Assembly (NCBI GenBank): GCA_051942205.1
Contig: JAVECO010000175.1
Location: forward strand, 1 to 46,882
DNA: 46,882 bases
Source: Coniocarpon cinnabarinum
Taxonomy: Eukaryota
Reading direction: 5' to 3'
Within the stretch, counting starts at the first letter, position 1. Every line of letters begins with the position of its first letter. Shown piece by piece: positions 13,273 through 26,200 of the stretch. The notes beneath the pieces are model-generated. The model saw only the letters and a list, made by a program, of their open reading frames with translations. It made no database searches and was not told the origin of the DNA. The position numbers and the translations under genes were made by a program.

Positions 13273-14229
13273 AGGTTGTGAACGAACGTAGACTGAGATG
13301 TTGGAATTCTAGGTCAGGCTATGCGCCCCCTCAATACGCCCCTTACAACCAACCTTCGACATCCGCCCCAACAAGCAGCGCTTAAGGCACTGCATTCAGC
13401 AAATGCCCTCCGCTTGTGCCCACCATACAAGGAAGTGGGGGTACCAATGTGAACCGTTCATCGGGAACGGCGGCTTCTGGAATTAATACGAGTTCACCGT
13501 TCGACAACGTTTCCACGGAGCGCATCCACGTGTACTTTTCCGGCCTGGCTCAAAGTATCTGTGCCGCGCGCCCACCTACAATGATCATAACACGATCTTG
13601 GGGCGGAAAGGACCGTGCACGCGGTAGTGAATTTCTTTCGACTCGGCCGTGAGGTGCCAGTTCTTCGGCAAGTCTGGTAGAGCTGACTTGGAGTATGCCT
13701 ATCTGGCGGCCCGCATCGCGCTTACACGAACCTTCACCCAGCCCCACCACACAATTTCACACACAGCCACGCTACCGACGAGAAACGTGGTCTCACATTC
13801 AACACGATTTTACGATTGCTTTCCGCATGGCGCCGGCGTTCTTGCTCCTTGGGTTTCGAAGAGCCGAGGGTTGAGACTCGGCATTCACATTTTTGCTTCA
13901 TTCGCACGATACCACTTTGATTTTTTTAATGCATTTTTTGTGGTGTAAAGCATTGGATTGGCGCTTGTTTAGATACGATCAGCAATAAATTCTAGAAGGA
14001 ATTCGTGTCCGCGGGGATAGCGGGTCGCTCAGCGCAATAGACGTAATGCTCACAATGAGTGCCTGACCCGTCTGATAATGTCGTTATTGCCTGGCATATC
14101 AGGCACACCAATAAATGTTGCGTTGCGTCATTTCTAGAGAGCTCATCAAGCACTACAGCTGCTACGCATGTTCCACTGTAGAGTATCTTAGAAAGCCAGC
14201 TCTACGGCACAGCAATCAGCAGGATTCTA

Positions 14230-15426
14230 ATGGCGGCCTCGACGGGCTGGAACACGATTGAAAGTGACGCGGTTGGTGCGCCACCACCTTGCAAATCTTC
14301 CCTCGCGCTATGGAGGACGACGCAAGTGTAAACAAGAGACAACCTTGCTAATGATCACACCCAAATTAGGGCGTGTTCACTTCTATGATCGAGGATCTCG
14401 GTGTCAAAGGTGTCCAGTTCGAGGAGCTCCTTTCGCTCGATGCCGATTCACTGCTTCAGCTCACGTACGCATTTGGCCTACTCAGAGCCGCATTTGGCGC
14501 TCGTGTTTCCACCACATGATCGCTGACAGAACGCCTGTGCCAGTCCCCTTTACGGCGTCATTTTTCTCTTCAAATTTCCGACCGACTCCCCATATCGTGG
14601 CTCTTCTTCGTCGACCCCTCACGATGGCCAGTATGATCCCTCATCGTCAGAGGCTGGTCTCTTTTTCGCACATCAAACCATTCAGAACGCCTGTGGCACA
14701 CAGGCCCTCCTATCCGTACTCCTTAACAAGGACGCAACCTCCGAAGCCGCCTTGACGCAAGCCGAAGAACAGCATATTGATATTGGCGACGTGTTGCGGA
14801 CATTTCGCGAATTCAGCTCCACGCTCGACCCGGAACTGAGGGGTGAGGTTTTGAGCAACAGTGAAGAGATTCGCAAGATCCACAACGCCTTTGCGCGGAG
14901 TAGCCCCTTTGCGGACGAAACAACCAAACCAGAAGACAGCGAGCGAGAAGACGTTTTCCACTTCATTGCATATACACCGGCCAATGGGGTCCTTTACGAG
15001 CTTGATGGTCTCCAGCCACATCCCATCAGCCACGGCGAGTGCGATGCGACCAGCTCCGATTTCGCACAGAAGGTGATACCCGTCCTGCAGCGCCGCATCG
15101 AACGATACCCCCAAACGGAGATTCGCTTCAACCTTCTCGCAGTATGTCGGGATCTACGCGTGCGATGTCGCGAGCTCGGTGACGAGGACGGCCTGGAGCG
15201 GGAAGAGCGCAAGCGCAAGGATTGGGCGTGGGAAAATGCGCTGCGCCGACACAACTTCATAGGATTCGCAGGGGAGGTAGTGAAGGCGGTGGCGAGCCAG
15301 AAGCAGAGAGAGGGTGGCACGGAGGCGGTGAAGGGGTGGCTCGAGGAAGCACGGAAGACGACTCGGAAGCGGTTGGAGGAACGAGCCAAAGGCAAGAGCG
15401 GTGGTGAGATGGACGTAGATGCGTGA
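14230..15426 (+). CDS. UCH37: Ubiquitin C-terminal hydrolase, UCH37/UCHL5 type (peptidase C12); join(14230..14271,14370..14464,14544..15426)
   Basis: GWNTIESDAGVFT; PLYGVIFLFK; catalytic region QTIQNACGTQA, FHFIAY, YELDGL; C-terminal EIRFNLLA and WAWENALRRHNF. Introns 14272-14369 and 14465-14543 are canonical. Confidence 0.95.
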
Positions 15427-18400
15427 GGCGAGGACGCTGTGCGACGAGTCGCGAATGTGCATCATTACTCGAGGATGTCACCAAGACTCATTGGATCGAA
15501 TTGTGAACCGGAGAGGGTGGGTAGTGTTTACAAAGCAGAGGGATGCACACGCCAACAAGGACGGGTCTAGTAGAGACGGCAGGGCGGTCGATCAGCGCAG
15601 GGAATGACGGGAGATGGGCGTTGTCGCTGCATTGTTGACTGTGCATGCACTCGATGCCGAGGTGTGAGGCTGACGTCAAAGCACGTATGTTGACACATGC
15701 ACCGGGTCGAGGTTTGATGGCGAGGTCGGGGCTCACCGACAATCAGCAAGGGCGGGACGCGGAACGCTGAAGTTGGCGGATCGGCAAACTCGCCGTCGAC
15801 TTCTTGGCGACGGCTCTTCGGACTCAGGACGTGAGAAAGCGCATCACTGACAGCAGAACACACCAACGGCACTCCGATCGACTGTCCCGTCTCCGTCTGA
15901 GAAGTAACTTCTCACCGCCGTCTGCAGAACTTTCTCGAACAAAGCCATTTTGAATTCATCCATGGATCGGAGCCACGCATACCCACGGGTGCTGCTTGAT
16001 GCTTGCCGCACACTAATGCTTACACGATTGCCGTATCTCGATACTCGGCTAATTTCCTCTCGAATATATCCTATTATCCAATTGCGCCTGACACCCGCTA
16101 GCAATGACTGCAATGCGGGACACCACAGCTGGTGCGCCACACACCAAAACATTGGTCGGTGGCGGCGCTCTTGGATTCATTTCGCGAAATGCTGAACAAG
16201 AAAACATCTGACCATCAATGAGGCTTGCACTTGTCATTACACACATACAGAGACCACCGCTGCCCGCACAGTTCGAGGCCCCGCGCACTGTCGTTTATAC
16301 CAACTACGGGGTTTCACTGCTTGCAGTAGTAGAAGGTATTCGTTTGTCGCCCTGGGACATGCTTTTCTTCAAGCCCCGCTTGCGATCTTGGAACCCTCCA
16401 GTGACCGGTCCACGAGCCACCGGTCTCGATGGCTCGCTGCGAGAACGCCGCCGCCGTAACATGCCGACTTCGTCAAGGAAACGTATTCGTCTCTGTCCTC
16501 GAGGCCTGCCGCTATGCACCGCGGGCCCATCGTCCTGATCAAGCCTGCCTGTTGGTGCATTCTCCATGCGCACACGGCGGATTCGCCTTCGAACCGTGTC
16601 TTTGGTAGTCTTGTAGATGTCTTTCCCGCACATCGTGTCCGTTCCAGGAGTGCTTGCCGGCACGAGAAATCGTAATAATGTGTTATCGAGCAATGAGTGA
16701 AGTAGAAAACTCTCAAGCCCGGTCTGTGGATACTCGTTTTGCAGCGAGGGCGCCATCCAACATATATGCTTGTGTTTGTCAGCGCGTGGAAAGACTAGCT
16801 AGGTGTCTGATGCAAATAGTCACTACTTTGAGTCAAGGAATCGTCTACCTGAGTACATCACCATCCATGTACTCTCCTTCCTGGTCTATTCCTCGCACGA
16901 ATCTGGATACTTCTGCAACGTTGCCGGATGTCGCCATCGACAGATCTGTACAAAGCTCTACAGCTCTTTCCTGGCCAACCTTTGAACAGCTTCAGAGTGG
17001 CTTCAAAGGGGCCTCAGGTTACGGAATATGTCCTCTGTGTGGCAATTCCCTTCTTGAAGTGTGCTAGTTGCGATAAATACTATAGGTACCTTGCACGCCT
17101 TAATACATACCTGAAGAAATATCCATCATCATTGCTTTTAATGTCTTTACTGACTATGGCGTTGACAGCGGCCACCTCTCCGACTACCCTTGCATAGCGT
17201 AACAGGTTTGCATCTTGCTGCAAATTGTAAGGTGCCTTCCGTGTCCTTGAGATCGCAGGCGAGCTGCGCAGGGGTCTCCTTTCCAAATGCCGCATCATCG
17301 AATGTGGCATTGCTATCACGAGGGATGCCTTTGAGAAGAATGCCTTCGAGGCCGGGAAAGGTCTAATGTTCAGAATTATTTGCGACTTCGACGTCGTCAT
17401 TGCCCACGCGCCCTGTGCACCACTATCCACCCGGAAACGACTGGACCGCGAGCATACCTGAATGTCAACTCCCAACGCTCTGGTGGCTCTGTAACATTAC
17501 AGTGATATTGCTGCGCAGATCTCGGCATCACACGGATATGGCGACAAGTTTTCTGGCTACACGGCCGTGCTCTTTCATATCGTCACGCATTTGTAACGAC
17601 AAGTTTGCGAGCCCAGCACCGCTCATACTCAAGATGGGTCTAGGATGGAGAGGTTGAGCCGCTCATCCAGTCGGGAGTAGATCGTTGACGTGCCCACGCT
17701 TGTCAAGCAAGCCTGGCGATTCCCAAGTTACCATGGACTTCGCTTTAGAAACCGCAAGACCTCGTTCAGCTGGCTGACAGCATTGACAGGCACAGTACAT
17801 AAGCATACGAAACAGACCATGTGCAAAAGTGGCAGTCTTGGTGGAGTCCAACAACTCTAAATACGCTTCCTCTCTTCCTTATTCTGATTGGGTGTGAAAA
17901 TTGTCACGATGGACGAACGACGAATGCAAAAGCACAGACAAAGAGTCTCTTCAACGTAAACTCATTCATTCAGCATTCGGTGGTCTCTGTCAACCGTCAA
18001 AGACGTGGTAGATTGTCAAATGTGGCCTCAGAATCCGCGATCCGAGTATCCGCAATATTCCTCTATCTCGGCATCATGACACGACAGCAAGTCTGGATTG
18101 TTGAAACCGCGAACCATTGCACCTTTTCGATGCTTATGCCCTGTACGTGCGTTTCTTCGTGCTTGCCTCATCACCTGTCTAACTCAATGGCTGGAGCGGG
18201 TAAATTGAGTGAGTGAAGTACAACGCGACTCGGACATTGTTCTACTTTTTATATCGCTGCTTTATCATGGGTTGAAGCGTAGTGGTCTAACTCTAAAACA
18301 GAGTCGGGTGGGTCTGAGATCGCGCAGCAGATTCTATTATCTTATTGTGCTTGGCGATGCACTGATGACAGAAGCGCCAGTGCCTTGTTGGTTTCAGAAG

Positions 18401-18681
18401 GGTAGATACAACGACGTTCGTTCCCAATGCGGGTCCGATCTGAATCCAGGAGCTACTCATTCCGACAAGTCATTCGCTTCTCAAACCGCTGTACACTTGT
18501 GCCTGTCTAGAAGTCTTCCGAAAGTGTGAAGATGCTGAAGTAAAGAAGCAGGAAGCAGGGTCTAGATTTCTATTACCGCTCTTGCAACGCGCTTTGGAAA
18601 TCCCATCTGATCATACAGCTCCGAAACAGCAAAGAAACAAGCCACTTCACAAATGCAATGCGTCCTTCACCAGTGATCATT

Positions 18682-19727
18682 TTACTTTGCAATCTCGACA
18701 CCGCCTGTGGCACCCAGCGCCTTCTTGATGTCGCCGTAGATGGCGAACTGACCCGCTGTCAACCCACCCACCATGACCAATCTCGTACCAATACCTGCGT
18801 AGGAGCCCCTCAGACCCAGCTCACCACCAATCTTGACCAATCTCGACACGGTTCCCTCACCGGGCGCCGCCTTGGTCTTGTTGATCTTTGACAGCATCGT
18901 GTCAGCGGGCTGTGAGACGATGGCCGCCGCGAAACCCGCAATCAAACCCGATCCCAGATTCACGCCCGTCTGTCCCGCATCCGACAGCGTGCTCTTGTCG
19001 AAGAAGTTCTTGTACGCGGCCTCGGCCACCTTCTCATAGACCACGAACTTCGCCATGGTGTACGGCACCTGTTTGAACAAGATGGGTCCAAAACCCGAGT
19101 ACAGCGCACCGACACCCTCCTGACGCACGATCTTGCCAAAGCCGCTCAGCAGGCCGCTCGCAAACGTGGGCTCGGACACAAGCCGGATGCGCGTCGCCTC
19201 GAGGGGACACAGCGCAATGTCCGCGAAGAACTCGGCCATCGCGGAGGAGACCAGATACACGGCCGTGCGGTTCTGGCGCGCGTTCTCGTAGCCGACGACG
19301 TTGATGCTCTGCTGCTTGAAGAACTCGTAGCCCCCGAACTTGAAGGCGCCCTGGAGGAAGTATCCAGCGGCCGTGGGACCGAAGCCGGTCAGCAGCGCGC
19401 CGGCGCCTTCGGTGGCGACGACTTTGCGGAAGCCACCGAACATGCCGGTGTTGTAGGTGACGGGGTCGAGTTGGATGCGGGTTTTGACGCTGGATGGGGG
19501 TCAGTCTGGGTTCCAGTAGATGATTGATAGCGGCGCGAATGCAGTAAACTTAGGGCAGAGATTGGGGGAGATGTACGGCGGCGGACGTACACATCAACAG
19601 GCGTGAATGCGCCGTGCGTTACTGAGCAACATACTGCGCCAGCAAAGGCGAAGCGTGAATACAGTTGCAGGCCGGAAAGCTGTTTCGGCGAATCTGACGC
19701 TTGCGCGCCCTTCACTGCGGCGGCCAT
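18682..19727 (-). CDS. MIR1: Mitochondrial phosphate carrier (SLC25A3/Mir1 type), 314 aa; complement(join(18682..19489,19591..19727))
   Basis: [80 protein letters not shown]. Intron 19590-19490 (GTACGT..CTGAC..CAG). Confidence 0.95.
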
Positions 19728-19955
19728 CTTGGTAAAGAGAGGAAGGATTCAGACGATGTGTGGGAAGATGTCGAGATTGAGCAAGGTCGCTCGCGTGGCT
19801 CAAGAAGTGTTAGACGACGTGGAGAGGAGAAATTGCTGGGGTAGTGACAAAGGTTGAGATGGTTGAATGGAAAAGTCTCCCTCTGCCCCAAAATAATTTC
19901 TTTGGCAACCTGACACTCGGCCTTGATCTTGCCTTGGCCCGAACTCTCTCCTCAG

Positions 19956-20245
19956 CCAATCGAGATGGAGCACGTGCATTGGTCTTGGCAGGGCTGAACC
20001 TCTTCCTCGTAGATAAGTAAGGTAGAGCCAGGTCACCTACGTTTCTTTTTAACTCCTCCAGTATACTCTGCAGAGCGCATCGACCTTCGCATTTCGGGCC
20101 GAAACTATCAGACAGAGGATGATGCAACTCCGAATCGTTGTAGCCAGCACATTGGCATCACACCCTGACGAGCTATACATATGTATGGAGCTCCCACCTA
20201 ATGCACGCGTAGGATCTCCCAGGCACATGACCTGATCATCACGTT
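19956..20245. promoter_or_regulatory. Divergent promoter elements: CCAAT (19956-60), CACGTG (19971-76), ATTGG (19978-82), CACGTT (20240-45)
   Basis: The motifs are seen directly between MIR1 and the phosphatase. CACGTG/CACGTT are Pho4/NUC-1 type bHLH sites and CCAAT is the Hap complex site. Function here is inferred. Confidence 0.4.
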
Positions 20246-20431
20246 TCACAAGCTGTAGCTTCCTTTCACGGCATTCGTCGCTCTTTCCTTGCTCCTACGA
20301 TGCAGCTCGAGACTTGCAAACACGACGGCGCAGTAGTGCTTTGCGATCGTGACTTGCAACGCCATTTCTAAACCCCCTTTCTATCCCTTCATATACTTTG
20401 GAGTTGCCTTCGAGCAGCATCGTGAGACGTC

Positions 20432-22347
20432 ATGGTCAGAAGACGCCTGAGTCGATCTGGAGTTGGCTTCGACGAGCGTCTGGAAAAGATACCAGTCATC
20501 GCAGGTTTCGATGGATCCAGTGATGCCTCAACTGATCCAAAGAGGCGTCGCCGTGGGGGAATGGAGGGCCGACAGAGTTTGTTTCTAGCTCTCCTGTCGC
20601 TGGCGTAAGTTTAGCATCTCGTGCGCTCTTTATGGTCATAATTCTGCGGAGCTAAATTTTCTAGCCTGTGATATACTGATATGTATTCAGTATTATTGGT
20701 GCTATGTTTGGGCTACTGTGGCTGGCCTGGAAAAAAAGTCTCGGACGCTGTGACAACTATTGGAAGGGCTTCTGGTGCCTTGAGCCCACCGCTCAGCTGT
20801 GGGGACAGTACTCGCCGTATTTCGATGTGTCTCGCACCGACGTCATGAGGAAGGACAAGTTGGACCGACGCTTCAAGTGGACACGTCCACCCAACTGTTA
20901 CTATGATGTTGTGTCTGTTTTGTCTCGACATGGCGCTCGCGGCCCGACGCAGAGTAAGAACGATGTGTATAATGCCACGGTCGAGAAAATCCAAGACCAC
21001 CTCACTGGCAGTCTTAGGCCTGCTCAACTTAAAGAAAAGTATCGGTTCCTGAGGACCTACCGCCTCAAGTTTGAGCCGGACGAGCTCAACGACTTTGGGC
21101 GAAAGCAGATGGAGAACTCGGGAAAGCAGGTCTTCTTCAGATATGGCGAATTTGTCAGCGTCGAGACTCCCTTCATCAGAGCGAGTGATCAGCATCGAGT
21201 TGTAGAGAGTGCAGAGAGGTGGCGCAAAGGTTTGGTGAAAGCTCACAACGGCATCACTAAGGATCCTTCATATCAGGCGTTGTTTCCCCACGGCGTGTCT
21301 GAGGAGTCGATCGAGATTCATACGATTCCAGAATGCGATGCCTGCAACAATACTCTAGATCATTCACGATGCACTATCTTCGAAGAAGGCGTATTCAATA
21401 ATGTAGGCGACAATGCTCAAGCCTGCTTTGCTAACAACGCTTTCACGGACCTCACCGACAACCTCAACAAGGAGCTCTCCATGGATCGTCGATCAACACC
21501 GCTCAACGTGAATGACACCATAAATCTCATGCAGCTTTGCGCCTTTGACACACTCGGGAGCAAGCATCCTGACCGCCAACTCTCGCCCTTCTGCGGCCTG
21601 TTCAACAAGACAGACTTCCTAAATCTCGACTACCACCAAACCCTGGGAAAATACTATTCCTTCGGCCACGGCAATCAACTTGGTCCTACGCAAGGCGTCG
21701 GTTGGGTCAATGAGCTGGTCGCCCGACTCAATGACAGTGCTGTCCACGACGAAACGAGTACTAACCGCACTCTAGACGCAGATCGCCGGACATTCCCCTT
21801 GCCTCGTGACGGCTACAAATTCTTCGCTGATTTCTCTCACGACAATGATCTCGTCGCTGCTGTCTCTGCTTTGGGTCTCTACACTGGCATCAACATGGAC
21901 ACTTCACATCGTCTCGACCTCGTGCAAACAAAGGGCTTTTCTAGCTCATGGGTGTGTCCCTTTGCCGCTCGTGTCTATGTTGAGAAGCTAGTCTGTCCGA
22001 CGTTGGATTGGAAGATGAAGTTTTCGAGGCGATATCGGCGTCAAGACCAAGACCCAGATCAGAAGCCGTTAGTGGACTCGGCTCTCTCCACAGTCGATCT
22101 GGCGGATTCTAGATTTTTGGACGATGAAGAGGGGATTCGCCACTTGAAGCAGTCCGCTTGGACCGATGACTTTGTGCGTGTCATCATCAACGATCGCGTT
22201 ATGCCCATGGATTGCCAGTCTGAGCAGTACAGCGAGTACGGGCTTTGCACCCTGGACAAGTTTCTCGAGCAGCTGCAATGGGCTAGAAATGGCGGGAATT
22301 GGAGTCAGTGTTTCGAGCATGACAATCACACCCATAGCGCCCCATGA
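20432..22347 (+). CDS. Histidine acid phosphatase / 3-phytase A-like with N-terminal membrane anchor; join(20432..20604,20691..22347)
   Basis: RHGARGP catalytic motif; WGQYSPYF; FIRASDQHRVVESA; NNTLDH; LGPTQGVGWVNELVARL; ADFSHDN; VRVIINDRV. Intron 20605-20690 (GTAAGT..ACTGAT..CAG) adds an in-frame 5' exon. Confidence 0.9.
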
Positions 22348-23201
22348 ATGTCACGATATCTCTTTTTCCTCACTCCTAGCTTTGAATAATCCTAATACCC
22401 ATGCTGGTCTCCGATGCCTGATCTTGTTGCTTTGGTAGACGAAGCATAGCCAGCTGATTTATGAACTCTTGGTATCCCCTGTGAGTGCAAATACGCCTGA
22501 GCAGCATGCCATAGAGCCTCAATAGAATAGCCCGGCGACCACGTCGACGCTGTCTACCTCTACTGATACAAACTTGACTGACTGTTTTTCAACTGAGAAT
22601 GTCATCACCAACCAATTTGATGATATTGATACTACAGCTGATGACAAATCAGGCCATCTCTGCTTCAAATTAGGCGACCCACTAGAAACTAATACTAGCG
22701 GGTCTAATGACGGTCACATAATTCCTGCCATTCGTTCAAGAGTTGATGGATGTCTTGACATTTATAGGACTGAAACGGTTAGTAGTAGGAGGACGGCGCG
22801 ATTGGATAGATCTTTTCAAATGTTTTGTGAACGAGGTCTTTGTCTAAAGCATTGAGGCAGATGTCATTGAAGGTTAATTTGAGGGCAGGAGTTATATATT
22901 CGTTGACTTCCCCAATGAATTCTGTGAACTTGACTTTGTGGATGTGAAAAGAGCGACGATGACGGCAAAGCGTCAGTAACAACAGTGCTTTGGATGACTG
23001 ATGGATATACGTTCATTAATGATAAGGAAATCGCTATGCAATGCTTGTCTCCACATATGTCCATGACCTGGATACTGCACATCCATCACGCTATGCAATT
23101 TTCAATCTTCACAATGCCAGAACACCACATTACCCGTCGTCTCGCTTTTTGTCTGCTTTGCTGTTTCCTCCGGCTGCTCCTGGATTACTTCTACAACCTC
23201 C

Positions 23202-26200
23202 TCAGTATCTCACCGCTCTGCCCACCAGTCCAAACATGAATCCGGCTTCTGCTTCTCCCTTGCACTGGATCATATACGTGCGTGCCCGTCCGGACATGAC
23301 ACTGCCCTTGCTTTCGACGCCATCGCGGCGTTCCCACACATTGATCGCTATGCCAACTCGTCCCACTCGTTCGAAGCTTGTCTCGCCCAACGTCACATCT
23401 AGCAGCATCTCTCCCTTAGTCTTCCCCAGAATCAGAATCCGCTTGCTCTGGATGAGACGTCCGTCGGGCGCCAATGGTGGCGGTGCACCGGGCGGCCTCG
23501 GTGGCTGTAAGACTGTCAACCGCGCGGAACCCTTATCCCTCCACGTGTTATTGACTTGTTGGCGTTCGTACAAGCGAACCTTGAGGTTGCTGATGCCAAG
23601 CGGCGTACCCATGGCTGGATCGATACCCGCATTCAGTGCGGCGGCAGTGGCGCCAGGACCAGCTCCTGTACCTGCCGGCGGAGTCGACAAGCCCGATGCA
23701 TTCGCACCAGAAGACGACGAGAAAGTGCCAGAGTCGCTTGAGCTGGGACCGTGGTCGACAGATGATTTGGCGAGGGAGAAGGCCTTGGATCCTGGGTTCG
23801 CGAGGCGCTTGAGAGCTGTTCCGAGGGCGTCTCCCAGAGTGTCAACGACAGAGGACTGCGTTTGATTGGTATTCGCCGCAATGGAAGGCGTGCGCCGTGA
23901 CTTGGCCCGGTAGGAGGATTTGCGCCCGAGACCGAAGAGCTTCCGGGAGCCTGAGACGGAGGCATCTGGGCGTGAATCCATAATAGCAGCCCAGTTTGAT
24001 TTGGGCGCCGTGGGATTGGCGTTTTGCATAGCGATGTAGGTAGGGTTGTGTATACGGGCGTGGTTGATGGCGGCGTACAGCGTGTCACACTCAGTATTGG
24101 TTCGAGAGCGAAGCATGAACTGCTTAGTACGTTTCGCGGCTGGAAGAGTTGACGCCGCGGTCGGAGGGGAACGAATCGAGATGTCAATGGCGGTACCGCG
24201 GCGAAGAGGAACAAGTGGAGTCAGCTCAAGCGCGAGCAAAGGTTCGATATTCTTGGGTCGGTTAGGATTGGAAGGTGAAGCAGGATCCGCAGAGGTAGTG
24301 TGAGGTCGCCATTTGTCTTTATCGAAAGCCAATGCTGAATTGAGCTTGGTAAGGTCGAAGGCTTCAATGAGCCCGGGAGAGAGGACGATTGCACATTCGT
24401 TGTCTTGCAGTTGCGTCCAAGCTCCTGTGTCAGACCAGGCGAACAGAGATGCTATCCTCTGGGCAGGTCCTCCATGGCTCGCAGAATTGTCAGAAGCACC
24501 GATCTGGCTCGCAGAATTGGAGGGGGCAACCGTTCCCGTATTCTTGGGCTCAAACGTTGTCGCTGGAGCTTTGCGTTTGTGCATAGCACCATAACTTGGA
24601 AGTGAAGGCACTACATCACCGGCGTCTGACACCGAGGTCAAGGACTCTGCGTCAGAAACATCCGTGTCATCCAAGAAGTTGGCATTAAGCGACGCGTCTG
24701 AGGAAGATGAGGGATCCCATTCATGCTTCAAGGGTGACGAGGCTCGGCGATGTCGAGATGTGGGACGTGGTGATGAGTCATTAGGCGTGGTGCTAGGAGG
24801 GGTGAGCTTCGGCGCGTTCGCAATGGAGATATTGGAATGGTGGGTAGACGAGCTCTGCTGGTGCAGTTTTGAGGGGGGAGTACGGGAGGGTTGTTGAGAT
24901 GGTATTTGGTGTGAATGACTGCGTTGATGTTTGGTATGCGGAGCTGGTGTACTGGGCAAGGACCGGCTTGCCAGTGGGTCTTCATGCAGGGGAGGTGGCG
25001 ATAGAGGCGAAACGGGCGATGATGAATGACCCTCCCGTCGTTCGCCCAAGCTCAGAGAACTCATAATGCCTTCCAGACTAGGCGGAGACTGAAGTGCCTC
25101 TCGTTCTCGTCGCTTCTTTCCAAAATCAGGTACGGAAGACTTGTAGGTAGGCGCTGAGGCGTCCCTTCGATTTAGGGCTGGCTTCTGACCGGGCATGGTG
25201 TTGGAAAAGGGGTCTTCTGTGACTTCGCGCTCGGGCGCTGAAGCTGGCATCCACACTGAGAAATTACCACCGGAAGAGGACGAGGCCGTCGAGCCCGGTG
25301 GGCTGGCTTGCCGTCGTCTTCTCATACCTAGTTTTCGGGCGTAATCAGGGTCGCGCAAGGCGTTGACAGCTGTGTAGTCTGAGCGACGAGGTTGACTAGG
25401 CGTGGAAACTTCACTGGCTGCTGGCTTTCTCACAGTGTCGTTGGGAAGCGGAGGAGGACTTTCTGCTACGGCCAGTCCTTCACTGTCCTGACGACGGTGA
25501 CGAAGACCTGTAGGAGGCTGTGGTAAAGGACGGGGACGAGAGGTCGTTGAGGGAGCCGATGAGGCTGAGGGCATAGGTGAGGAGACCTCCGATGCGTGTT
25601 TGCGGTGACCATGGCTGGACGGAGAAGAATGAACGTGGGATGCAGACGGCCGTGATCCAAAATGGCGCGAGATGGCACTTGCCTGTTCACCTAAGGGAAC
25701 TTCAATTTCTGATGGACTGACCTTACGACGACTAGATCGACTAGCCTTTACTTGGTCCGCGGCCGCGAACATTGCAGCATCGGGTAAAGAGAAGTAGTCG
25801 GTACTGTCGAGAGCGGGCGGTACTGGTCGGGAGCCCAGCATGTTATGCCACTCCATGGCACTTTGGTCGTCATCGGGTCGTAACGAAAAGATCTCCTGCC
25901 AAAGCTGCTCACCTCCTCCAGGGCCTCGAACCATGACAATAAGGTCACCAGAGATACCATCAATGCGTGACGATATTCTATCGTGCTGGATGGGCGGCAG
26001 CAATAGCCATTTGGCAGGATCCTCAAGCTCACAAATTAGTACATCACCACTAGTTCCTTGATTAATACGATCGTCTCGAAGGAGAAGCTCAACGCGGCAG
26101 TCCACTCGCTGACCAGTTGAATGTCGAAAGTTCAAATCGAAAGTGTCTCGAGCGCGGACGCAGCGGCTGGGATCGAGTTGGACACCTGGCAGAGGTGCCA

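Noticed and set aside
18682..19489. High GC3 of MIR1 as a sign of horizontal transfer
   Set aside because: It has a spliceosomal intron and a typical fungal sequence; codon bias of a highly expressed gene explains it.
22574..22855. 93-codon ORF between the phosphatase and the large gene
   Set aside because: No ATG start or recognisable domain; probably 3' UTR or intergenic sequence.
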